The translations under genes were made by a program, and so were the position numbers. The notes under the pieces were generated by a model. That model saw only the letters and a list, made by a program, of their open reading frames with translations. It was not told the DNA's origin and ran no database searches. A stretch of DNA of 61,829 nt, filler included, from Choristocarpus tenellus KU-1152 (lineage: Eukaryota; Protista; Phaeophyceae), in assembly GCA_964200185.2 (NCBI GenBank). It is 9 parts of 9 records of this genome, joined end to end, with 100 filler letters (N's around TTAATTAATTAA, not from the genome) between each part and the next. Parts side by side here need not be neighbours in the genome. Positions count along the whole stretch, not along the records: positions 19,638 to 28,091 come from CAXNAD020004691.1; positions 28,192 to 33,109 come from CAXNAD020012541.1; positions 33,210 to 36,674 come from CAXNAD020019845.1; positions 36,775 to 39,427 come from CAXNAD020025934.1; positions 39,528 to 50,096 come from CAXNAD020002851.1; 4 more parts are not named here. The stretch is one strand, 5' to 3'. This document shows, in pieces, positions 27,441 to 39,981 of the stretch (its first letter is position 1; each line of letters begins with the position of its first letter).

Positions 27441-27720
27441 TTTATGTGAGATAGATACATCTACATTCATTTGTGCCTTTTCTGATTGCTTTGGAAATCC
27501 CAATTCTCCTCTTGCAAGAATTGTTCCTGGTGAGTATCTATGTACCTAGTGGTGGTATGCATATTGTGTACCTCGTAACAGCACCCTGCCAAACACAAAA
27601 CATGGCCTAATTGTTGTGCTCAGGTCGAGACTGTGGAAGGGTGCTTTGCTCCTGCTGCCAAGCTGCAGTCAGCCCTGATCATTGATCTGCTACGTAGCAT
27701 CAAGGTGTTGCAGGATGAAG
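25179..27720 (+). CDS. Plastid-targeted alpha/beta hydrolase, chlorophyllase-like (5' partial, 3 exons)
   Basis: Exons 25179-25530, 26235-26368 and 27624-27720 splice in phase to MRFLHIALAVACAPSLVSAFIQP...ALVYRPADTEPVAGIVFGHGFSQKPINYVSLLRSFAAAGYIVIAP...LQSALIIDLLRSIKVLQDE. Signal peptide+SAF cleavage motif; HGF..Y..LL...A..GY.VIAP family motif. The contig ends before GxSxG. Confidence 0.8.
27398..27438. repeat. (CA)n microsatellite
   Basis: About 20 AC units, intronic. Confidence 0.95.
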
Positions 27721-28788
27721 GTAAACTTGGGTAGTTGAGTGCTCTGGTGTGGTCATGTAATGCACGTACGTGTCCATATCAATTTTAATTTCTTTGAGGT
27801 GCCAGAATTATGTTGTGAACAATTGAGCCACTGTTTTGGTGGGGGGGTGGGGGGTGACTTTCACTGCACCTTTTATTTTGTTCTCTTTTTTTTGTTTGTT
27901 TCGATTACTGTAGTAGTTGTTGCAAGAACTTGTCATCTCAGTGATGATTTAAATTCATCATTGTTTTAGTAAGTAATTTTTAGTAATATATAACGTAGCT
28001 TATTCCACATATTCTGTTTCTTTTTCCCAAGATTAGTCTGCTTTTTTTACACTTTCTTGAATGGAACTGACTGCAATCATTATTGCCCCCCNNNNNNNNN
28101 NNNNNNNNNNNNNNNNNNNNNNNNNNNNNNNNNNNTTAATTAATTAANNNNNNNNNNNNNNNNNNNNNNNNNNNNNNNNNNNNNNNNNNNNCTCCATCTA
28201 TCCAGTGTCTTCTCTTGTCCCTAACAATGTGCATATCCTACAAGGGGGGGTGACTTATCGACTGCATGAATTGGTTTATTTCTTTCAGTGTAAAGGGGTT
28301 ATTATGGGGCTGTTAGTAAGATCGCCAGAGCACAGTGCTGGAGCCAACATCACTTTATCATTGTCGAATGGATGTATCAAAACTACATGGATTGTCTGTA
28401 GATCACCAATACTAATAGGTTGTGGATTGAGCTTTAAGGGTTTGAGTTTCAAGGGTAGGTGTGATACTGTGCTAGTAGCTGTTTCGATTTCATCCATGGC
28501 TGATTCATCTGACCCTACAGTAGTAGTTTCTTGTTCTGTAGAATTGCATAGAAGGCATCTCATGTCTTCCTCTCCCTCAACCCCTTCTACCCAACACCAA
28601 CCTCAGGAATGCAGCATGTGGAATCCTTTGCCCTTTCCTACCCCAGTACACTAAAATGGCCTGTACTTACTTTGCCCTCCCCTGCACACATATCTGTGTT
28701 TTAACCTCGTCGAACTCTGTCCCTACTACCCCTGGTTTGCTGGTTATTCAATCCCCTCACTTTCCCCCCACCACCCACCCCATCAAAG

Positions 28789-31700
28789 GTGTTGGCATTG
28801 TGCCATGGCCTGCTAAACTTGCTGTCATGCAACAAGCCTGTGGCGGGGATGATGGCAGAGGATAGTAGGATCCGCTCATTGGTGATCCACGAGGCCCAAC
28901 AGCAGCTCCATGTGTCGTCTCCAAAAGCCCCAGTCCAGGACAGGGGGGGGGGACCGGGGCACTCTATGGTGAAGGAGATGCAAGGGTTGGTGGGATATGG
29001 AAGGGGTAGGGAAGGCAACGGAGGTCCAGGCAGTAAGGACAGATATGCAAACAGTGTGGGGCGCACTGTTGGAGGCAAGGAGGCAAATGGGAATGGGAAG
29101 AACCCTGAAGCCTTTGCTGAGGAGGAGAAGCATGAGGGGGAGGGAGATAATGGTGATAGTACTTCGAGTTGGGAAAGAAGTCCCTCTGGTTCAGGGACTG
29201 AAGAACATCCTGAGTCAGGGACAGCATGGAAAGTACACCCTGTTCGTGCTGCACTTGGTCTTCACACTCTCTACAATACTCTCAAGGCCTCTCCTGACTT
29301 TGGGGGTGGGGCAGGCAGAAGTTGTGATGGAACAGTGTCCAGGGAGGGTCGAAATGGTAGGGACGGGGTGGGGACATGGGTTGGGAGGTGGCAACGTGGA
29401 CCAGTTTTCTGGCCGCTGAGCCTACTATATGGACACACTTCCCAGAGAGACAATGCCAAGGACAAGCGCCTTCCTGAGGTTGATGGCATCTCCTCAGCTG
29501 AGAGTAGCTTGGGAAGGGGGATGGAGGATGTTCGAGTGTTGGATTGTGCACTGACAGGGAGAATCTGTGAGCTCCTGCAGAGAATTAATCCTGATGTATT
29601 TACAGCAGAGTGGTGGGGCACTAGTGGACCAGTTAACCTCACAGAGTTTGTCATGGTGAGGAAGGGGTTATGCACTTATGTTCTTGTTACCTATACTATA
29701 CACACATAATATGTACAACATTTGAGCTTTGTTTTTTGTATTGTGTTATGCCTAGTATGAATATAAAGTAGTGTGCATTTTTTGAGCTATGCACACAGAA
29801 GAACAGTTCGATATCGAGTAGCAAGGTGGACTTTGAGATGGAGCAGTCACGCATTCTGATCTTTTCACAAGACAACATTTTATTGGAGGTGGGGAGCGTG
29901 GGAGTATGGGGGGCATTTGTGTTGTGTCCAAGGTTGTGTACAGTAGGAACTTGGTCTGCATGTGCTTTATGTGTGCTAATCTGAATCATACCCACTCTCA
30001 CATTGAGAGCTATAAAGTGACACACTAGCTATGGGATACTACTATGGAGTTGTGGTTCCAGACTAGCATACAAGGCTTGCATACCAATGTACTTAGGGGC
30101 CAGCTTTCCCCCGTTTTCCCCTTGAATAATCATATTCTGAGCCAGGGACTTGATACCTCGCCTGGCAACACAGACTGGGCAAAGATTACAGCAGAAAAAC
30201 AAAGTGTTGCAGATGTTCAAGGGGTGTATGCTGCAATCCGGGATCTGGAGTTCTCTGCTATTTCTGTTTTGCATGAGATGAGCAGTCGCCGTGACACTGC
30301 GAGCTTGCTGATGAACAGGTAGCACAGTATATTTGTACATGTGCCAAGTAAGGGTCAAAAGGTGGTAATCATGATGAAGACCGCACCGTGGTCTCCAGTC
30401 GTAGTTGATGAGAGCTGGGAATTGTGTATCCATGGAGTTATGTGTCTCTTCTCTCTATGCTTTGCGATTTCAGTTCATGTCTCCATCCTTTCTTGCAAGA
30501 GTCTCTACAGCAGCAGCAAGAGAGTTCATATAGGGAAGATGTCAAATGCACTTTCTCTTCTTTACTATTCCCTCTTTCTGCAGTCACTCTTGGTACTGTG
30601 GTGTAAGTGCCAGAGTACCCCACAGTGCCCCGAGTTAATCATTTTATGTGTGTCATCCTTGGTTGTGGGAAAGTTCCATTTGCAGAGGGCATAGCCAGGC
30701 TGTCTGGTTCTGTCCACCCTAGCTAGAATGCTGCTACAAGATGCTTATGCCAGACCACATCAAGTTTGGTGTTATAGAGGATGACTCACAGTTATGCTAT
30801 TTCCCCTGTATGCCTGAGAAACCAGAAGGAATTTGCCTAGTGGACTGCACTTGCAAGACCACTGTTGCATTGCTTTCCATTGTATAAATGCTCTAAGCTC
30901 CCCCAATAGTGCTTGTCAGTTTGTTAGTGTATTGGCGAGTACCGGAAGCTTTCTTGTTGCTGGACCTCAAACCTGCTATTAGGATTGCTTCTCAATGCGG
31001 AGTTTGTCAATTCAACACGATTGCCTTAACTTAGTAATGCTCCGCATTCGGTGATACTTAAAGTGTTGATGTAACTGTTCTTTGAGGCTAGATAGGGCTC
31101 GGAAAAGGTTCGGACATCAATCTCTTGACCAGCATGAGAGTTTTGTTGCTCCTTTTCTCATAACTGTATCACTCCACACAGCCCATGTACAGACAGTCAA
31201 TCAGTCTCAAGCATGGATCACACTAATGATTACATTGTCGGAAGGCCTCTACCCTGAGGTCTCTAACCCTTTCCTCCCCCCATTTGTTCTTACCCAGGGA
31301 TTGCGTGGGGACACTCTTGGTGCTTGCCTTAGCTGGTCGGACGCTGAAAACCATGTTGATGGCAAAAGAGGCAGTGAGCAATGTGGGGAATGCCTATAGG
31401 AGGTAAGGACCTGGCGGCATTTGACGACATTAATTACATCCTATCCCAAGTATGGGGAATTGTTACATTACAAATGGTTGTCTCTTGGTTACCCAATGTA
31501 GCTCCGTTGGGTTTTTCTTCTTTCTTCTTTGTTGTTTCATTTCTTTGATTATTTCTTTTGTAATGTCTTGTATTTTCTCCAAAAATGTTTGTCACTTTCC
31601 TCCCATCTACCTTTTGAACATGGGTTCGGGAGCCCTGAGATGAATGAGAACAATAATACTGTTATTGTTCATAAATCCTCTCACCTCATAGGATGTTGCT

Positions 31701-32383
31701 ATAAGATTTTTCGTAGCAGAAGGGGAGGGGGGGGTGGGGGGGCAACTGACACTTGTGAGGAAGGCTAATGATGATATTATTGGTAGTGTATTTGTAAACT
31801 GTGTTATATCCATCTTGTGACCCTTGTTGGGAGTCGGTCATTGTGCAGATGGAGTGGAAGTCAGGTCAGGTGTACTGTAAGTTTGCATTATTTTGGAGTG
31901 TGTGTGTGTGTAAGCTAAGGTTGAGGATCAGACTTCAACGATCTCTCTGTATGTGTTTACCTGCATGTGGTCTCATGCTATACTTAATCAAGATGGACAG
32001 TTGTACAACTAGATGATGTGATGTATGTATTCTGGAGTACAAACCAACGTAAAGTTCAAGAATACTCCGCAACCTATCAGTTATGCCATTCCGTTATTTT
32101 GTTCTAGGCATTTTTTTTCACTCCATCCTGTAGCATAGGCATGGATACACTTTTCTGATAAGCATATGCAATGCCCCTGGTCCCCACCCCTCTGACAAGT
32201 ACAGACTGGATGCTTGTTTTCCTGTGTTTTCCTGTGTATAGAGAGCTAGAGCTTGGTGAAAACGTGCAATCAATTAGCGTGTGGGTAGACATGACAGGTG
32301 AAATTGAAACTGAGGATGATGTCAATACTGGAGTGACTCCACCATTGGGGCCTGGATTGGCAGATCGCTCATTCATGGACGAG
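28789..32383 (+). CDS. Uncharacterised large protein, four internal exons (helical segments with low-complexity inserts)
   Basis: Phase-consistent GT-AG exons 28789-29655, 30029-30318, 31298-31402 and 32242-32383. No recognised domain. Confidence 0.7.
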
Positions 32384-32504
32384 GTCAGTGTGGTATTTTG
32401 GTGCCTGTGTATGTTCATGCACTGGTGCCTTGTGGTCAGCGGCAGTTGAGTATAGCAGTACATATGACAGTATTTCAAATTAGAGAACAAGTGATAAGTG
32501 TCTC

Positions 32505-32712
32505 TTTGAAAGGGGATCTGAGTTAGGTTACCACTGGGTATTCTACTTTCCCCCAACTTCCCTTCTTTTGCCCATGGAGCAGGGGAAGGCACCAGGGGAC
32601 TGGCAGCTCTTCAAAAGGGGATCTGTGTTGAGTTTCCATTGGATATTCTAGTTCCCACAAAGTTTCCTTCTGCTGCCTGTGGAGCAGGGGGGAGGGACCA
32701 GGGAACCAGGGA
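32505..32712. repeat. Diverged tandem duplication, ~105 bp x2
   Basis: AAAGGGGATCTG...TATTCTA...TGGAGCAGGGG..ACCAGGG occurs twice. Confidence 0.7.
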
Positions 32713-33209
32713 GATGTTGGTTTGGTCTGGTTTTGACCCTCACCCTTTTTACTGTGCACCCCCTGAGTAAGAAAGGTTTGTCTTCTTGAGGATGTTGGGT
32801 CTTGCCATTTGAATGGTTGCTTCAACAAGCAGTGCTGAAGGGGTTAGAAACAACTTTGAGCAGTGCTTAGCTGCACTCAGGATCAGTGAATTAAATTTGT
32901 TGTTGTAGGGGGTCCTGTTGAGGCGATTCCAATAATCCTCGTTAGTTTTGATGTTGGTAGTGTTCCTGAGCATTTGGTGTCTTAAAGTGGAATAGCAACA
33001 GTCTCACTTGACTGCATTTAGCAATTCCATTTTGGTAACCATCCTTTTACCAATTTTTCTAACCCTACCCAGTTGCTCCTATTCATAATCCCCTCTCCCC
33101 CCCCCCCCCNNNNNNNNNNNNNNNNNNNNNNNNNNNNNNNNNNNNNNNNNNNNTTAATTAATTAANNNNNNNNNNNNNNNNNNNNNNNNNNNNNNNNNNN
33201 NNNNNNNNN

Positions 33210-33490
33210 GGTCTCTGGGAGGGCCTGGATGAAGGCTGAGCGGCGTACGCTGTTGAAAGCATTCCTTCCGTCTAGATTGATGACCCATTCTCCGCACTCA
33301 TTCCTCAGGCGGATATCCAGGAGTGCACGTTCAATGTCATTTGGGACCCCGACGCCGAATTGTCCTACTCCCCCAAAACGTTCCTCAAGGTAGGGGCGCC
33401 AGTCTGTGCAGAAAGCCGAAGCACATGCCCTCCTAAGAAAAGATCCACAGGCAACTGGGCGACACTTCTCCCCGATATCGGATAGTCTCG
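33210..33490 (-). mobile_element. CRE-like non-LTR retrotransposon RT fragment, 5'-truncated
   Basis: KCRPVACGSFLRRAC...GQFGVGVPND.E...INLDGRNAFNSVRR matches RPIAVGExLRR / QxGVGxxxGxE / DxxNAFNSVxR of CRE-type RTs. Runs into the contig end. Confidence 0.8.
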
Positions 33491-33875
33491 AGTTCATTAT
33501 TATGCTTTACCATACACGGTATATTCAAACGGTTTCACACGATTGCGTTTTTTTCCTCTTTCTATTTGCTGTATATTTCTTACTGTATCTAAATCCAGCA
33601 GAGTAAGGTGGGCAAACTTAGGGAAACTTGCTCACACACAGAATGGGTTCGGAGAGAATCCATCACATCTCATCACATATCAACGAGGTTCCCAGTGACA
33701 CACGTGCTACACTCTATGCACAGACTCGATGATAATCTAAATTTTGCTGAATATGGAATGAGAATTATGCCCAGTCGCAGTCTGTTCTCTGCAACATCGG
33801 TGAAGTTGTACCAAATTGAAACGTAAGAGGGTAGTTCAAATCTCGTTTGGTGGGTGAGGTAGAAAGGAGGGAGCA

Positions 33876-35850
33876 ATGGGGAACGCTCATTCACTGGGAG
33901 CTGATAATCAGCGTCGTCCAATCCCAGGGAATAGGCCTGCGTTGACCACTACGGCTTACCCGACCAACGGTCGTGGGTCCAAACCAAATGTGGGGAAGAT
34001 GATGTCAATGGGTGTGGGAAACCAGATACAAAAGGGTCCAACAAGAGAAGTTTCGTCGTGGCAAGCAGCATCAGGAAGGCCCTCCCAACCGGCGGCGAGT
34101 CGAGGTAAGAAGCCGAATGTTGGCAAGATGATGTCCATGGGTGTGGGAGAACAAAAGACCAAGGGCAAGTTACCACGGCGGGTTGTGGCAACCACACCAC
34201 GAACTCAACCACCAAGGCTTCCCAGCAACATGCCATCGACACGAAAGATGGGCTCCTTGGGTGTTGGAGCTCAATTTAAGCCCATTACCAAAAATAAGAA
34301 GGCCCCTGTCACCCCCAAACCTCCCCCCCCTCCCCCAGAGGCCTCTAAAGCCTTATCGGTTGGCGGCGAAACAGCACCGAAGCCTGATCAGATCCAACCA
34401 AAAGCATTGTCTGATTCAGGGGTTGGAAATAAGGTAGATTCCGGCTCGATGTTCCAGCAGACCTATGGAAACAACGGGGGGTACTACGGGGTATATCCAG
34501 GGGTATACGGCCAGAACATGCTAGCTGGCACAGGGGGGGTTAATCAGGATATGATGACTGGCGTCGGGGGTTTCAATGGGGGTACGATGACTGGTGAAGG
34601 GAATCTCAATCAGGAAGCCATGATGGGGGGTGCCATGTTGGGGGGTACAATGATGGGTGGGGCACTTCTGGGTGGAATGGGCCAGGGTGGAATGGGCCAG
34701 GGTGGAATGGGGCAGATGGGGATGATGATGCCAGGTGCAATGATGCAGAATGGACCTGGGATGTTTCAAAGTGGGTCTGGGTGGGCACCCACATACTTTT
34801 CTGGTGTTCCTACTCCTGTTGCTCCAATGCCCATGGGGACACCAGGAATGACATACGTAGGTACACCACACCCCTTTTTCGGCTCCAACAGCAACAGTAG
34901 TGGGACGGAGACAACGAAGCAGAAGTCTGGCGTTCCACCTTCGAAGGACTTGGTGAGCCGAGTCAGTGATGGCATTCCAGACAGTGCGTATGATATCAGT
35001 GGTGAGGGTGCCCTTGTGCCCATCCTGCCCACTAAAACCAAGGACGAAAAAGTGGCACCTGAGCAGGGCAATCGCGGACTCGCTGGATTGGGAAATGTGG
35101 GCGCCTCTCGTGATATTAAGGGTCAGACTTTGTTCTTATGTGCATTGACTGAGAAGCAACTTCAAAAGGCAGCAGTATCCTTAGATGGAGATGCACGAGG
35201 TAGAGGTGCTGAAGCCTTAGCTGACCAGCCTGTGGTGGAGCCTAGGGATTCCAAGGTAGATGGATCTTGGTACTGTGTACTGATAGAGGCACTGCTGCTT
35301 TTGTGCATGTTCTGTTGGAGGGTATGGACATTGCATTCAGTGTTGTCTTTTTCTTTTCGTTGCTCTGCTCTGCCAATTTGATGTGTCCTGCTTGGGATTT
35401 GCTCATGATGTAGAAAGGAAACAAATCAAGAGGAAACAAGAATTCCTGGATCATCCTTGTTTTTTTCATAGATTCTCTTACGTGGTTGCAACTCATTAAC
35501 AAAATGTATATTGAAAGCGGCCTAATTTACCTCACTCCCCTGCTTGCAAAGACCCTTGACCGTGATCCTTCACACACCCCTCTCATTATTGATTGAAGGG
35601 CGTATGCTACCTTGGGAAGCTCCACCTTACTGAGTCCTCAGTGGATGAGGATAGGGTGGAGGAAGGTGTTGCCAAGGTACCATCTGCAAGCATGGGACAT
35701 GAACCTGGAAGCAGAGGGCTTTGGTTACATACCACAAGCCACCGAAAGGATTCAAGCCACACTGACAATGATCCAGCTTACAACACACCTGCTGATTACA
35801 ATGTCCTTGAGGGGATTGTCGGCCCACAAGAGTCTTTTCCGGTGACTAAT
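33876..35850 (+). CDS. Uncharacterised low-complexity protein with MG N-terminus, KMMSMGVG repeats and Gly/Met-rich tract (probably 3' partial)
   Basis: Long exon 33876-35255 (AAG|GTAGAT) splices in phase to 35599-~35850. Confidence 0.7.
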
Positions 35851-36082
35851 GTAATCCCCCTCTTGCTCACTTTGCCTTGCTTGTAATGCTGTTTATTCTC
35901 AAACTGTGTTCACACAAATCATTACTGGATGTGTGAATGGAGCTGCTGCATGTGTGTGTCCTATGCAGTTTTTGAACCTAGATTGTCGCTACCAGAGTTC
36001 TGGTTTCTGGATTGACTTGGATTGCATTTAAAAATACCTGTATTTAGATTTAAGTTTAATGTAATCGCATATCTATATCTAT

Positions 36083-36113
<31 letters not shown>
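36083..36113. repeat. (TAGA)n microsatellite
   Basis: Tandem TAGA/ATAG units. Confidence 0.9.
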
Positions 36114-37570
36114 TCAAGAGTACTAATCAAAGCAGTGGAAGGTGTTTGGATAGGTTTGGATGTTTCAGTCGAGTGAGTTTGAGAAACAAAATATCCCTCG
36201 AAGGATTCGTTTACCGCATTAGGTTTTGTTCATGTGGAAATTAGAAATAGTGCAGGCAGTTGTTGCTGTTCAAAAGACCAAGGAGTGCAGTTGGAGACGT
36301 TTTAGGTGAAAGGACTTTGTGGAGAAAATAAATGCTCAGAGTCTTGTCTTTCAGTCCAAAAGTAAATGGCGTAGAAAATGTTTTTTAAACGTACTCCGGT
36401 AAATGGATGTCCTGTGAAATGCCCCTTCTCTGGGAGACATGATGTCGTGTTGTCATTGGTGAATCTCCATGAAGAGTGTGAAGTGGTGGTATTAGTAACT
36501 GATAATTCATGGTATTGGGGACTCTTTGTGGACTGGTGCCTTCGTTCTCCAACTGCAGGGTTAGGTTGTCCTCTTCTCTGGAGACTGTGATGGATAAGTT
36601 CCCTTGCCCCCCCCCTCCCCCCCTCTAATTGCCCACTCAACCAATCGACCAGTCAACCATGCATTTATTCTCACNNNNNNNNNNNNNNNNNNNNNNNNNN
36701 NNNNNNNNNNNNNNNNNNTTAATTAATTAANNNNNNNNNNNNNNNNNNNNNNNNNNNNNNNNNNNNNNNNNNNNCCCCCCCCCCGACAAATAGCAGGTGA
36801 TGGTAAGTATACAAAATAATAGTATCAATAAATGCTCTCATTACAATAATGTTAATATTGATATTAAAAATAATATTATTATTTATATAATGCCGTTCGT
36901 AGCACAAAAAACAACAAATAAAGGGCTCGATTTGTAAGAAAGATACAGTCCACCCCCTCACACATACACCAAACCTCAAACCTCAACACATAAACACCCT
37001 ACACCAAAAATAATATACAAAAGTAATATAGACAATTATTCGGCAATGATACTTCACTAGATACAATCACATACACATAAGTATATTACACACACACACA
37101 CATATATATAGAAAGATACGGTCAAGAAAGTTTAACCCAACCTCTGTAGATGTCACATACATGTCTTGCTTGAAAAGGGTACACCTTGCACCGATTTCAA
37201 TTTATTTTCTTACATTATTTGAAAAAGAAAAGCAGGTAGTGTTGCAGTAACATTCTCAGAAAGAAGCTGACACGTGCATGGAATAACTAAAACTACAATA
37301 TTCTTCTTTTCTGTTAAATTTTGTCTCTTCAGCATCAGTTGTATTAACAGCTTGTTGGGGCAGGAAAAGAGATTTCTTGTGACTGTGGAACAGGAGACGG
37401 AGAATGGGTATATGCACCGAGTCGGATTAAAATAAATTTTAGGTTTAACCTCGCACTAGGTTTTTGAAAGACGCCCCCCCCCAAAAATAAAAAATAAAAA
37501 TCTGATGCCATCTCGTGCATTTGTACTATATATATAATAGCCTAATGACGTGGAAAGCATGTTTGTCTGT

Positions 37571-39427
37571 TGTTATACTGTTATTGCCGTATGCCATATA
37601 CCATTATACCGTTGTACTGATTGAGGTTCCTTGTCAAGCATCCATGATTCCATTGGCGGACCTTCCGTCAGAATGAAACCATGGAATCTCTTCACGAGAT
37701 CAATCCCACAGACTTGGGACAGCTCGTCATTCAGAGTTATCACACACGGAAGATCCACTTTGTTCTCATGCCTTTACTTGTGGTGATGAAGGCCCATCTT
37801 TGACGATGCTCATCGCTCCTCAATTTGCACTTGTCCAACCTTAACCTCGTCTTCTCGGTTACAGTTTGTCTTTGTTCGTCTGGTCTGTCTTGCCCGGTGA
37901 TTCTCTTCACCCCCCTTGCCTGAGTGAATCACATCGCCACACAATCACAAGACTCACATTGGCGACACTGGTGACCTCAGAAAAATACGGCGACGGGGAT
38001 TTTTTTTTTGACCACGGACGAAAGATGCCGAACTCAAGATCGAGGCGAAAACGTCGTGCACAGGAGCGCGCCTGAGTCCACATCTGGAACCAGCCAGAAC
38101 ACCAGAGGAGGAGGTCCAAGGTCACGAGTCTACCCAAGACATGGAGTCTTCAACCAATATTGACTCTGACTCGTCTAGTGTCACGTCTACCTTGCCTAGT
38201 AACGCAACACTTGCCGAATGTAGATAAGGTTCCCCTCCTTCCCCCCCAACAGGTCGTCGGGCTCATGCCAGACCCATGTCGTCAACCCTTGAGCATCGTG
38301 TTAGCTTGGGCGACCGTGACACTCGTCGGGTCCTCTTTCAGGAAAAACCAGTCCCGCCTCCAAGTTCTACTACTTGTGAGGTGGCCGTTTCGCAGGTCAA
38401 GTTTGGTGATGCTGTACAAGCGTTCATCGTGCACCACATCAACGAGTGGACAAGAACAAACACTGTGCCTCCTGAATTACTTCAGGACCTGCTGAAGCTC
38501 CAAGTTCAGGGAATGGGCATCGATCACGTAACATCCGTTGAACAGAGTAGTGACGTCGCACGCCCACAACCACTGTCAGAAGGGAGTCGTTTCAGGTTTT
38601 CTGCTTCAGAAATCCCATCTGGTCCGACAATTACAGGTTCTGGAGAAGAAGATTTGCCACTCCTGTTCTCTACATGGCATGTGGCAATATCCCTTCATTC
38701 TAGTCGGTATGGCCCAGCATCCCCTAAAACAGTTGATGCTTGGTGTGTAGAATTATTACGAAGGACCCGCTGAAACGTTCTATTTTCAGGCGTTGGTGGG
38801 TACAATGGAGTGGCGTTCAACAAGTGATTTGGCTCGATTGCAATCGTCTCTTGACACCCCTGTCCCCATTATACCTCCAAAGACATGGGATGATGTCCAG
38901 AAAGCCTTGATCACCGCATTTACCCCCGCCCATGCTGCAAGTGTATCAGCCCGTAGACTAATGTCCTTGAAACAGGGAGAGAATGAGTCTGTCGACAAAT
39001 ATACTTTACGTAGCACAACAGCAATTGATTGTTTTATAGATGATGTTCGTCATATAAAATCGTCCTCAGATTCGGTCGACACAACTTTGCTTGTTGTGCA
39101 ACTGAAAATAACCCCGATGGAAGACGGCTTACTCCCTTATGATTTGTCTTGAGCAGATTTGGGACGAACCTGCCACCAACTTTGCCTAGGCTTGTGACCA
39201 TGCGAAACGGCATGAAGCCAACAATCTGTCTGGTAGTAATTCCACCCCAACAACTTACACTAGTGCTGTGACCCACAACCCTCATCATGAATGGGTCCCT
39301 TGGACAGATTTTGTTCAATTACAATGAGAATGTGAACGGCTCCTTATGGAGGCGGAATGTCATCAAGCGGGGGAGGCAACCCTCAACAGGTCCCCAGCTC
39401 GGATGTTGACAAGTCCACCTCCCGCAG
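37571..39427 (+). mobile_element. Ty3/gypsy LTR retrotransposon 5' relic (putative LTR, PBS, disrupted gag)
   Basis: The 38793-39152 ORF has the retrotransposon gag motif TWDDVQKALITAFTP...ARRLMSLKQGENESVDKY. Upstream, a TG...CA segment (~37571-37958) is followed by TGGCGACACTGG (PBS-like, 37960). LTR limits are tentative. Confidence 0.7.
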
Positions 39428-39548
39428 NNNNNNNNNNNNNNNNNNNNNNNNNNNNNNNNNNNNNNNNNNNNTTAATTAATTAANNNNNNNNNNNNNNNNN
39501 NNNNNNNNNNNNNNNNNNNNNNNNNNNGTTATCAGGTCGTGTGGTTGG

Positions 39549-39594
<46 letters not shown>

Positions 39595-39785
39595 GCATCT
39601 CCCAATTTTTCTCATCACTGTGAAAGGGAAAGAGGATCTAAACAACATAAAGAATTAGCTTGGTCTCTGTGGTGCCTGGGGGCCAAGAACTCACACATCA
39701 AACTCTTAGACAAGGACTAAGATCGGGAAGAGTGGGCTACCCATACCGTCTTCAGGTTTCAGTCTTCAGCACCCAATCAACTCAC

Positions 39786-39949
39786 TTTTAGCTGTGCTGC
39801 CAAATCCGTGAAAGAGACCACTCCACCAGTATCTTCAGTCAGTTGTGAGGCATGGGGATGGCAGGCATGACCCTCCTCCGACACTGTGCACGCCACGACT
39901 ACCTGGGAACTCCCACAACAGAGGGTACAAGAACATTTTATGTGCGTGT

Positions 39950-39981
<32 letters not shown>

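Noticed and set aside
39550-39591. Long G homopolymer (also ~49982-50050) as a G-quadruplex element
   Set aside because: Located at contig edges; likely a sequencing or assembly artefact.
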